A stretch of 64,000 bases of DNA from NCBI RefSeq assembly GCF_964355755.1, contig NC_092677.1:11058101-11122100 (forward strand), given 5' to 3'. Within the stretch, counting starts at the first letter, position 1. Every line of letters starts with the position of its first letter. Of the stretch, positions 40,550-52,025 are shown piece after piece. The notes below the pieces were generated by a model. It was not told the origin of the DNA and searched no databases. It saw nothing but the letters and a program-made list of their open reading frames with translations. The translations under genes and the position numbers were made by a program. Origin of the DNA: Antedon mediterranea. Lineage: Eukaryota; Animalia; Echinodermata.

Positions 40550-40999
40550 TGTCACGAACTCCCTTTACGTATGTTTCCGAGCGGTTGAAAATACTTCAGG
40601 AACTCCCTTGTGACATAAAGTATACACAAAAAATCCACAAAATTGTAAAATAACTCAAAACAAAGCTTTAATTTCAATCAACTTCAACTTTCAACAATCT
40701 AGTAAGCACTTTAAACAACAGCTTCACAATAACTTTTACAATCGAATACCGGTATCCAACAACCTTACAATAGGTTTACATCCCTTTATATACAAGATTT
40801 TCCTATCCTTCTGGATCGTTCTTTATACTTCTTATTCTATGGGATTACAGTTTCTATTAATAGCACTTTAGATATAGATTATTCTTAATAATTATACATG
40901 GTTTTTTAAAATCTAAACATACTCTTATTCTAGAATATTCATGTAGATACTGTAGGCCTACTATGTTACTGAAAATGTTAGGAATGGTAATTTATTACA
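40550..40999 (-). mobile_element. Solo LTR of an LTR retrotransposon (450 bp)
   Basis: Begins TGTCA and ends TTACA, flanked by a perfect 5-bp direct repeat CAGTG (40545-40549 and 41000-41004). On the - strand a TATA-like TATATAAAGGG is followed by an ATTAAA poly(A)-like signal. Confidence 0.75.
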
Positions 41000-41075
41000 C
41001 AGTGTCTAACTAGTAAATTCTTTTATTATTGTATCTTTTCAATATTATTTTAAATAAATTTAAACCTTTGGCTTA

Positions 41076-41860
41076 CCGTATATCTTCTAATTGTAACCCT
41101 GGGTTATTATTCTTTGATTATTTTTAGGGTGGGTTACTATTAGAGTAGTGGGTTACTATTAGAAGGGGGGTTACTATTAGAGTAGTGGGTTACTATTAGA
41201 GTAGTGGGTTACTATTAGAGTAGTGGGTTACTATTAGAGTAGTGGGTTACTATTAGAGTAGTGGGTTACTATTAGAGTAGTGGGTTACTATTAGAGTAGT
41301 GGGTTACTATTAGAAGGAGGGTTACTATTAGAGTAGTGGGTTACTATTAGAGTAGTGGGTTACTATTAGAGTAGTGGGTTACTATTAGAAGGAGGGTTAC
41401 TATTAAAGTAGTGGGTTACTACTACTAATCTTAAATTAGGCACCTGAAAATAGTAACCCACCCCCAACTTTTCCGGTCAGCTACTCATAGCAAAATAATA
41501 ACACAATACGAATAAACAAATTTGGTTGAACTCTAACTTTATTTTATAAACTCAAAAACACTCAATCCTACCCCACTCTCGAGATCATGCATGCATTATC
41601 TCCTTATTTTCAAAATACGGCTGCATCTTAATTTTTCTTGACTCTAATGTGTTACCATTAGAGTAGTGTGTTATTATTATAGATTTACTTATAAGGTGGG
41701 TTACTATTAGAAGGGGGGTTACTATTAGAAGGGGGGATTACTGTTAGAAAGGGGGGTTACTATTAGAGTGTGGGTTACTATTAGAAGGGGGTTACTATTA
41801 GAAGGGGGAGGGGGGGGGGGTTACTATTAGAAGGGGGGTTACTATTAAGTATTAGAATTT
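41076..41860. repeat. Minisatellite-bearing repeat (19-bp unit GGGTTACTATTAGAGTAGT and variant GGGGTTACTATTAGAAG), probably within a non-autonomous DNA transposon
   Basis: Two arrays at ~41130-41422 and ~41655-41850. The element starts TA-CCGTATATCTTCTAAT, resembling Tc1/mariner-type MITE ends. Confidence 0.75.
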
Positions 41861-43919
41861 ACTTTCTAATGTTGTGTATTGCCATTTTTTTTCATGTTGG
41901 TAATTAAAGAAGATGCAACTAAATTCATTTCTAAATTAATTTCTAGATCATTAAGTATCATCTTATCACCATCCAGTTATTGTCACCATTCTGTTGTTTT
42001 GTTCAGTCATATTTGGCTATGTATTTCAGAAATGGGCTATAGTTCGAGTCCAATTTCGTAGAAACTTCGATTTTAAACACCAGATTAGAATCAGATCAGT
42101 TGCACGGACTGGTTCATTAATAATAAATTATCTCTGAAAAATGATAATCTTTAAAAATTTAATTGAAGTTGAACAATCGAGAAAACACAAGTTCGATTCA
42201 GTTCAGAGTAATTCCTATTAGTGCAATAAACTCGATTCTACAATTGTCATTAGATAGTATCTAACTGACTACTGACAGTCAGTTAGAAACAAGTCTAGTT
42301 GTATTAAATACTTTAATACATGTTATCTCTGTCTAAAGGACAACGGCAGAATCGGGTGTGCAATCGTGTTTATTTCACGTACTTTTTTAGATTTATTTAG
42401 ATATACATTTAACATTTATTGGGGATTTCCCTGAAACTTTTATCAATTTTCTGGGGCGCCATACGCAGCAAGGGTGTAATGCTATTTTTTTAAATAGCAA
42501 TATCAAACTGTACATTATTGAGGCATTTTCGGGTCGTTTGGTATTTCCAGTAAATAACAATTATTGGAGGACTAGCGCATTAACAAACAAATAAAAATAG
42601 AATTAAAATTTTAAAACAAATACGAAATGTAAAATCAGTATATTAAATAGGCCTAGTGCATGAGGAATGAATTGTTACGAGGTCAAATTCAAGTACATTT
42701 ACCTTAGTTTTAAACCTATTTTTATTGATATCAGAAGACGTTTTATGTTGTAAGTAGTTTAAGATACGATAGGGTATAAAGATACGATGGGGGTGCAGTA
42801 TGTGTGGGAATTAGTACTCTGGTCGTTTCAATTAAATTCCCACGTGTCTACAACAATGGCATTAACTAAAATACACTTGTATGTTGATGGCTATGTTTAC
42901 GCAACTGTTTACAGGTGGGGACCAATAAGAACGCGTGATCGTACAAATACGAGCTAACACACTGGAAGCAAAAAGATAGGGGATAAGTGGCAATTGACTG
43001 AAAGTTCAACGTAATAGCCTAATAAAGGTGACGAGAGATAGACGGGACATGGGAACGCGTACAAACAGCTTGCATAGTTTTTGAATCTTATAAAGTGAGG
43101 AGCGCCACATTATATTAATAGTCAAAATTGTCAAAAATAGATAAACAGTAGTTCATAATCATGTTAACATTGCAAGGGGGAGGAGCTCCTCCGCTACCCC
43201 CTCCTCCAGTTTACCACAGTAGGAATGATTTTGCAGAATCATTTTTTTTTCTGTTATTACTAAAAATATATTCATTTCATAATATTCATAACTTAACATA
43301 TACAGTACATCTCCTTAAATGTTAAGTACTTAAACACATTCACTTAGCGTATTAATTTCTTAGCGTATTCATTTTCTTAAACATATTCATTTCATAATCA
43401 TTTTAGCATACCTTTCTTAACACAATTAATATTTTGGCATATTATTCATTTCTTATAAAAATTTTTTGGCAGAATCTTTTGGTGTGTGTGTATTTAAACC
43501 GCTGAGTCGGTCCTGCTTTTTTTAATACCTTGCAATATGAAAAAAAAGGAATGATTCCACTATCGGAACATTAACAGGGGTCCGGGACCGCGACAGAACG
43601 AGAACGGATGGGGACCCTCCAAAGAAATTGCACTTTATTTGTCAGGAATTTGTATGATTTGTTTTTTATTTTTTAAATGCGCCTAATATTTATAGGCTAT
43701 AGTTTGATTTAAAATTTTCAACTATGCATTTCCTGGGAGGTGAATACAATAATCATACGAAATATTTTGATTTACATGACCTACGACTCATTAAGTAGAC
43801 CGGTAAGTTTAATGTAAATTATGAGAACGAATGTGTTAGACTACATTACAGATTATTAAGGTTCATTGAGGTCTTTAAGCCAAATGTTAAATGAAACGTA
43901 ATGCAAGTCATAATAGAGA

Positions 43920-44160
43920 AGAACATTATTTACTACAAAACCATACTTTTTCATATATTGTTGAAAGCCGATTGGTAAAAAAAAACATACTCTTATAATT
44001 AAAACATTATTGATTACAAAACCATATTTTTTCATATATTGCTGAAAGCCGATTGGTTAAAAAAATAGATAGGCCTACTCTTACAATAAAAAAAACATTA
44101 TTTATTACAAAACCATATTTTTTCATATATTGCTAAAAGCCGATTGGTAAAAAAAAAACA
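43920..44160. repeat. Three ~80-90-bp tandem copies, each ending GAAAGCCGATTGGT
   Basis: AACATTATTTACTACAAAACCATA...AAAGCCGATTGG, repeated three times. Confidence 0.85.
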
Positions 44161-46458
44161 TATTCAATGTACTTAAAAATTAACAAAGTAGGCCTAGTTA
44201 ATAAAACATTATTCTTCGCAAAATACGGGATAATGAACCCTTATACAATTACTACGGTAAAGTGTAACAAAATGGTGATATCCTAATAGGGGATGAGCAT
44301 TTACCATGACTAAGGTAAATGGTGACCAATACGGGACATCAATCCGGGATATAAACCTTAACCATTACTATGGTAAAGGTTGAGCTACAAAATGATTTAA
44401 GTAAAGATTTTTTAATGGTCAGTTATTAATAAAAGGACATTAAATATAAAACACATATCAAATTTAATATTAAATTCATTCATGTTTTCTTTCTTTTTTT
44501 TTTCAGAGTAAAGAGATTTGAAGATAAAAACAAAAGTTACATTTGCTGAAAAAAAGGTTTTGGAAGTTTTTGACGATTCAAAACCATTTCACAACGCTAA
44601 AAAGACAATAGAAAATTACTATACGGAAGCAAATTATGGAAAATATTACAATTAGGAACCTCCATTTATGGACCAAGGATATATAAATGTGTCCATCCGG
44701 CTAATATGAAGATATCCGTGGAGATAAGTAGTTATTTTTCCATGAGATGACCAACTAGAGCATACTACAGTATACCGCCACCACACAAGCAATACTGTAT
44801 CGTTAATACTTAATAATTTTGCTGCTCAACGATTGAAATTGGCTATATAGGCTTATTCAAAAGTATATCACTGTTTTAATCACCTTTTTTTTTGTAATGT
44901 ATTATACTATATGGACAATTGAATTGAATACAAAAGCACAAAAGAAATGTAGAATTCAGCCTATCACATACCATCAATGCTACAGAGATAAATTGTGAAT
45001 TTTACGGTCCATATAAAACATAATACAAAGAAAAGAAAACATTGAACTCTGTAACAACCATCAATTCAATTCAACAACATTTATTTCACCAATGGCTCCG
45101 TATAACTAACAAATAGAAAGAGGATATAAAAGTCGAGATTTGATATAAAGAAACCATAATAGGATCATTACTAGAAGATCATATCATCATAAGAAAAGAA
45201 AAAGAATTATCCGTTGACATTGTGCATCTCTCCATTTAAATAATACATTATGAAATCCATCAATATTATATTCAATATACCATTTATCATTTTGTTTTGT
45301 AGGAAAGGAACTATTGGTATTTTTAACATTGTCTTATGAACATAAAGCACAACATTGAATTTTTATACAATGATGTTTATGCAAATGTTCTCAGAAATTC
45401 TTCCGTTCAATTGTGAACGATTCAATAAGCTTACTGAAAATACACTATATTAAGTGTCTGGAAATAGTACAACAACGTGAGAAACAACACAATACTACCA
45501 GCCAGGTGTGTTATGAACATCAACGGTGATTTATTTTTGTTTATCATGTAAGTGGTCAAAGGTCAGCATATGAGAACATCTTCAATTGGTCTGGAAGCGT
45601 TGATGCCGAGCGTCGGGTCATAGACAAGTGATAACAGATTCATCCACCGCCGCTAGACGCAGGTTAACAGTCATTTAAAACTCATCAATGAGGCCTAGAT
45701 TGTAATTCTTGTTAATCTGTGTCTATCTTTGGGTCCTAAAGCTTGCAAAGTTCGCTTTAAGCCCTTATGGGGCTAATGATAGTTGACAAATGTTTGGATA
45801 ACATTGTCCTTTGGTAAATCATGGAGGTATGCCGCAATGAAATAACAATAGGACGTAGACAGAAATGTCCTTATAAGGGTTCAATAACTTGCTGCACCGT
45901 GCGCATGCGACATCATTTTTTTTCCTATCCAATTAAGACAGAAATCATGACTAATTCATTACCTTAATTATTTTCTATTATAAAGAATTGCAAGATAGCT
46001 GATCTAATTCCTAAATATACTAAACCTAACCCTCTAAATAATCTCTCTCAACTAGACCTATTAAAAAAACATGTTCTTGAAAGATCTCGAACCGAGGGCT
46101 CCAGTGTAATAGGTCTACAAAAATATGTACAAACGAAGAAAAGTAATTACGATGTTTATTAAAATGTAAAAATAGATAACATTATACCAACAAGTTGTGC
46201 CGCGGTGTAATCAATTCACAAACCGCGTCTCCATTTTGGATCTGGTTTTAAACTTGTTTGTTTTTAAATTTAGTGTCTGCAACTGCATCATTTATTAAAT
46301 TATATTTTTTTTCTAGGAAGTTGGTCTTATAGTCATGATGCTATAAAAAGGAACCATAAAAAGGTCGCAGAATAGTAAGGAGCCTAGAAAAAAACCACTT
46401 ATTTTCAACGAACCTATCTACGAATTCAGATGAAAAAAACCATGGAGACCCTTCCCTT

Positions 46459-46557
46459 GACGACCTGACCCCTAACAGACGGGATGACCTGACCGCTGAC
46501 AGACGGGATGACCTGACCCCTGACAGACGGGATGACCTGACCCCTGACAAACGAGAT
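46459..46557. repeat. 24-bp repeat (GACCTGACCCCTGACAGACGGGAT) x4
   Basis: Direct reading. Confidence 0.9.
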
Positions 46558-47701
46558 GGCCTACACCCGTTTTCGCGTTACCCCACTGGAGTGATCTGTG
46601 TTTTATTGCTACAGACCTACTTTTAACTAATTTCCCATTAACTTGCTCGTAAATATTCGCATCAAACGTTGTTCCAATATTTAAGTATATCGCATACTTG
46701 ACTTATTTTTTGTCACCGACAATTTAAGTTCCATTGCGTACGCCACTGTATTGTTACCAAGATGAACTTTGTATTATGACTTTTATTTTGTGTGATGGGT
46801 GAATTAACCTAATTTCTATAATATACGGCCGGCACGGGAGATATTAAAGAGGAACCTTTAGAGAACTAGAAGTAATAATAGACGTTATTGTTAACTATAT
46901 ATATACTAGAAACATTTGATTTGCGACATGGGACCTGCAAATTACGTCATTCTCCAAGTCGTCGACCAGCTCTGAAAATCAATTTCGACGATATTTTTAG
47001 GACCACCGTACACCAAAAAAAATTTCAAACCGCATATCTGTGACAGCAGAAACATAGACCTAAAATCAACCAAATTGGCTCTGACGAATTGACAAAAAAA
47101 AAAACAACCCAAACTCAACGTATACGAATTGTACCTCCATATGACGTCATGACGTCTTATGGTCGCCGATGGAACCGAACAACATTTGTTGCAGTAAAAG
47201 TAATACGTACAGATGTAATGTAACAGAATATCTTTAATTAATAAAAGTGCAGTAGTGGTATTAAACATCATATCAAACAAATAGAATTATATTACGCAGG
47301 TGAAGACATTTACCTAATTATAGACACGAGCAATTGCTCATCAAATTATGTCAAATGAAACGCAGGACCACAAGTCGTATAAATCAAACTATTTGACAGA
47401 AACATGTTTTACTGGTCTATTTATTTCATCCCACAATACAGCTGTGTCAACGAGATGGTTATGTGATAAAAATAATGGAATTTTAAACACAAAAAAAAGG
47501 AGAAAAAATGAAAAACAAATCAGTAGTGGGCCTACACCTGTTTGCTTTACGATGACAGTTACTGCAAACTATTAGCAAGTTGTCAAGCATGATAGCCAAT
47601 CGCAAACGCCGTTACAAAACGTAATTGACTATTTCAGTTGCCATAGAAATAATACACAACGGTGTTGTGGTGAAGATTTAATAATTCGTTGATTCTCGAC
47701 A

Positions 47702-48040
47702 AAAAGGCCTTGTCCTCCAAATACATGAAAAATGAAGATTATTAAATCAGAATTTGAATATGTTATTTTGTAAAGTTAATCACTTCCATAAAATAAAACG
47801 GACAAAAATTATGTTTTCACTTATAAAATGACAAAATAAATGGTTAAATTCAACCAAAAATCCATTGACTGGCAGCCAATTTGACGATTTTTGCTTAAAT
47901 TACATTTTGTTTTCTCAGTTAAATACATTTTTTTTTCGATCCAATTTTGGTCAAAGTGGATAACTATTATGTTACATTAAAATGGAATATTCAACAAGCA
48001 TTTTTAAGAATTTGTTTTCAGGGGGACAATGCATCTTTAA
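47702..48040. mobile_element. Possible Kolobok-type non-autonomous element
   Basis: Right end GGGGGACAATGCATCT-TTAA with a degenerate mirror AAAGGCCTTGTCCTCC at left. Confidence 0.35.
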
Positions 48041-48729
48041 CTACAATGAGTGACAAACTACAGGACAAACAGTGTCCGATCCCCGTAAGTATTGCACATC
48101 GTGTCCAATAGGAAGTATCTTACCTTCCTTTGAATATCGAAAAAAACTAAAGTAAACGTATTCCTATATTTGATTCCCATTTTCATTTATTTAGGCCATA
48201 TAAATTCCAAATGCAAGTTACTGAAAAAAACAACAAAAGCTAAATCAAAACGACAAAAAAAAAGGCTGCACAATAAAGAGCAATTTCGGGAAACATCAAT
48301 CCATTGTACGTCATTATATAGGCCTATGGTAAATCTGCTGCTTCTAAATCTCAACAATAGTTTTACAATTTTTTTAACGAGTAAAATTCAGGATGGTGCG
48401 GTAATCATTGGGTGGGGCCAGCGGTACTTCTTACTCTATAAAAACTCGCTTTATTTTCTTAATGTTTAGTGAGAATTTTGTTTATAGGCAAGTACCGTAC
48501 ATTGTAATGATTTATTATGGAAGTTGCTACAATAACTTTCTTCAACTAAAATAATAAGCATGCGGTTAAACAAACGCTGTAAAAATCTCCAACTTCTCTT
48601 CTCTACGTCGTTGTACTTTTTTTTCGCAGTAAAGTGAACATTCATGCATTATAGTCAATTGAACAAGACATATTTATAAGTTCAATGGTTTGTTCCATTC
48701 ACACATACTGTACATAGAACCTACATAAA

Positions 48730-48871
48730 AGCTTGGTTCACTGGACGTAACACAAGGACGAAAGCCGCAACGCAAGTAAATAGAGCAATCAAAAGCAATG
48801 ACTTCTATTCGAACTGTCGCTTGTGATTGGTGCTTACGTCCTTACATTGCGTACTAGTTGGTAACCAAGCT
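48730..48871. mobile_element. MITE family B copy
   Basis: AGCTTGGTTCACTGGACGTAAC ... TAGTTGGTAACCAAGCT-TAA. Confidence 0.75.
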
Positions 48872-49164
48872 TAAGGGGACACTATCAGGGCCAGCAAAGC
48901 TTTCTGTTAATAATGGGTGTTCCCTGAACATGGGTTAGCCCAAGAAAGAAAACATGTACTCCCTAGTCTCTTCGTTGCAAGAAAAGTTTCCCCGTAATAG
49001 AACTAATTATGCTAATAAAAGTGACTTCTCGTATCTATTGATACAATAAGTACTCCCTAATACATTAATACAAATGGATTTACGATAATCTATAGTAACC
49101 TAAATCCAAGACGTGGGTCAATAAAAAGTTTAGTAGCTCACGAATTGTTATTGACGAATAGCAA

Positions 49165-49885
49165 CGCATTGTTGACGAGTTTTGTAGCAACGCATTAGAT
49201 GGCGATGTTTCGTTGACGAGTTTTGTAGCAACGCATGAAATAGCGACGTGTCGTTGACGAGTTTTGTAGCAACGCATGAAATAGCGACGTGTCGTTGACG
49301 AGTTTTGTAGCGACGCATGAGATGGGCGAGGTGTCGTTGACGAGTTTTGTAGCAACGCATGAGACGGGCGAGGTGTCGTTGACGAGTTTTGTAGCAACGT
49401 ATGAGATGGGCGAGGTGTCGTTGACGAGTTTTGTAGCAACGCATGAAATAGCGACGTGTCGTTGACGAGTTTTGCAGCGACGCATGAGATGGGCGAGGCG
49501 TCGTTGACGAGTTTTGTAGCAACGCATGAGACGGGCGAGGTGTCGTTGACGAGTTTTGTAGCAACGCATGAGATGGGCGAGGTGTCTTTGACGAGTTTTG
49601 TAGCAACGCATGAGATGGGCGAGGTGTCGTTAACGAGTTTTGTAGCAACGCATGAAATAGCGACGTGTCGTTGACGAGTTTTGTAGCAACGCATGAGATG
49701 GGCGAGGTGTGGTTGACGAGTTTTGTAGCAACGCATAAGATGGGCGAGGTGTCGTTGACGAGTTTTGTAGCAACGCATGCAATGGCGACGTGTTGTTGAC
49801 GAGTTTTGTAGCAACGCATGCAATGGCGACGTGTTGTTGACGAGTTTTGTAGCAACGCATGCAATGGCGACGTGTTGTTGACGAA
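49165..49885. repeat. 41/42-bp minisatellite x~17 with several unit variants
   Basis: Constant GTTGACGAGTTTTGTAGCAACGCAT followed by related 16-17-bp variants. Confidence 0.95.
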
Positions 49886-50812
49886 ATGTGTAAGGATAAG
49901 TGGATTAATAATATGTTGGTATTTTTTGTTGACGAGTTGTAGAGAAGTTCTGTCCATGATTAGGTGAAGCATGGGTCAAGCCCCTTTCACATTTGTTTCT
50001 CTAGAATGAACCTCTTTCACTTAATCTTACATTTAAAGCTAATCTTTTCCACTGATTTGGTCTTATATATTTCCCTTAATTCTTATTATTCTTTACGTTT
50101 CTTTTGTCAAAAGAAATATAATATAAGCGCCTCCTACACCATTACCAACATATTAAAATATAGGATCCTTTATAAAGTAGGCTATAACAGCTGTGTGTGA
50201 CGCGATGCCAAAGATAAATCTGCCAGTACGTACACGCCTAGGCAGGTAGACAGACGTCATAAATTATGATACGACACCCTGTGAATGTTTGATCCCTACC
50301 ACTACTAGTTCATGGATATTTTTACATTAGAGGTGATGAAGTTTACGCTCGATTTTCCAATTTTATCCGTTACAATCAAACGTTTCACGATGGGTCAATT
50401 TGAGGTTAAATAAGATAAGACAATTTTAGTACAGCTTCCATGACAACGAAATAATGCGAATTATATTAATTCTTCATTATGATCACACAGGTGTTGGAAA
50501 GATTAATGTAACACGACTGTAAAAATAATGAACGGAGTTATAATGACTATTGGCAGTTAATGTAAGCCTTTAATGTAATAACCATTACAGTTAAAAATTA
50601 AACATGATGTCGGGCATTCAGTACATACTAAAACATTGAAGTAATTGAAAATAATATAAAGTGTAATGTGCATGATGTAAATTTCATTTCATTTCATTTA
50701 TTTCGTCTCACATACTTATAACAAAAAATAACAAACAATAGAGAGAGTATCCGTATATTCTTTATCTATTGCATCTCTCCACATAGCATTGATAGGACGT
50801 TTGAACGAAAGC

Positions 50813-50965
50813 TGTGGCCTGAATAGAGGTGTTGACTGAATAGAAGTGTGGACTGAATAAGTGTGGACTGAATAGAGGTGTGGACTGAATAGAGGTGTGG
50901 ACTGAATAGGGGCGTGGCCTGAATAGAGGTGTGGACTGAATAGGGGTGTGGCCTGAATAGGGGTC
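50813..50965. repeat. 17-bp repeat (TGAATAGAGGTGTGGAC) x~8
   Basis: Direct reading. Followed by GTAGAGGTTATATACTGTA, a likely MITE end. Confidence 0.85.
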
Positions 50966-51407
50966 TCCTCTGGATAGAGTGTCTCAGTAGAGGTTATATA
51001 CTGTATCTCTAAACTTCTAACTTAGTCTTGGTGATACATTTTTTACAAATGAAATGTCGCTATAGCGTGTAATACGAGGGAAATGCAGATTGTATAACCA
51101 AAACAAAAATACAATACTCGAGATGACAAGAACTAGGAGACGACAAGCAAGCCCAATTACGCACACTGCAGGCCTGTGGCGATGGCCGTAACAAAGCATT
51201 GTAGAGACGGTGCACAATGACACCGATAATTGCCCTCGGCTTGGCAAGGGTATGCCTTTTGATAACCCACTGACTGACACCAGACTAGTAATTCAGATGA
51301 GTTGCAATGCAACAGGTGATTGGTAATAATAATATAAATATTTATGATAGATATATTGGTGATGTGGGTATAGGGCTGAGCAAAATACCACGGCGGGGTC
51401 TCGATAA

Positions 51408-52025
51408 CGACGCCGAGACAACGAGGTAATAGTTCCGTCAATCATTGAGGACAACGTGGTGATAGATCCACCAACCGACGCCGAGACAACGAGGTAATAG
51501 TTCCGTCAATCATTGAGGACAACGTGGTGATAGATCCACCAACCGACGCCGAGACAACGAGGTAATAGTTCCGTCAATCATTGAGGACAACGTGGTGATA
51601 GATCCACCAACCGACGCCGAGACAACGAGGTAATAGTTCCGTCAATCATTGAGGACAACGTGGTGATAGATCCACCAACCGACGCCGAGACAACGAGGTA
51701 ATAGTTCCGTCAATCATTGAGGACAACGTGGTGATAGATCCACCAACCGACGCCGAGACAACGAGGTAATAGTTCCGTCAATCATTGAGGACAACGTGGT
51801 GATAGATCCACCAACCGACGCCGAGACAACGAGGTAATAGTTCCGTCAATCATTGAGGACAACGTGGTGATAGATCCACCAACCGACGCCGAGACAACGA
51901 GGTAATAGTTCCGTCAATCATTGAGGACAACGTGGTGATAGATCCACCAACCGACGCCGAGACAACGAGGTAATAGTTCCGTCAATCATTGAGGACAACG
52001 TGGTGATAGATAGGCCAACCGACGA
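51408..52025. repeat. Near-perfect 68-bp tandem repeat x~9
   Basis: ACGAGGTAATAG recurs at 51421, 51489 and onward. Confidence 0.95.

Noticed and set aside
49165-49885. CRISPR-like repeat/spacer appearance
   Set aside because: The variable parts are short, homologous and recurrent. There are no cas genes and the context is eukaryotic. It is a minisatellite.
49080-49972. Long - strand ORFs of 138-274 aa
   Set aside because: Produced by the 41/42-bp minisatellite; open in several frames with no domain signal.
51408-52025. CRISPR-sized 68-bp periodicity
   Set aside because: Units are identical over their full length, with no unique spacers.
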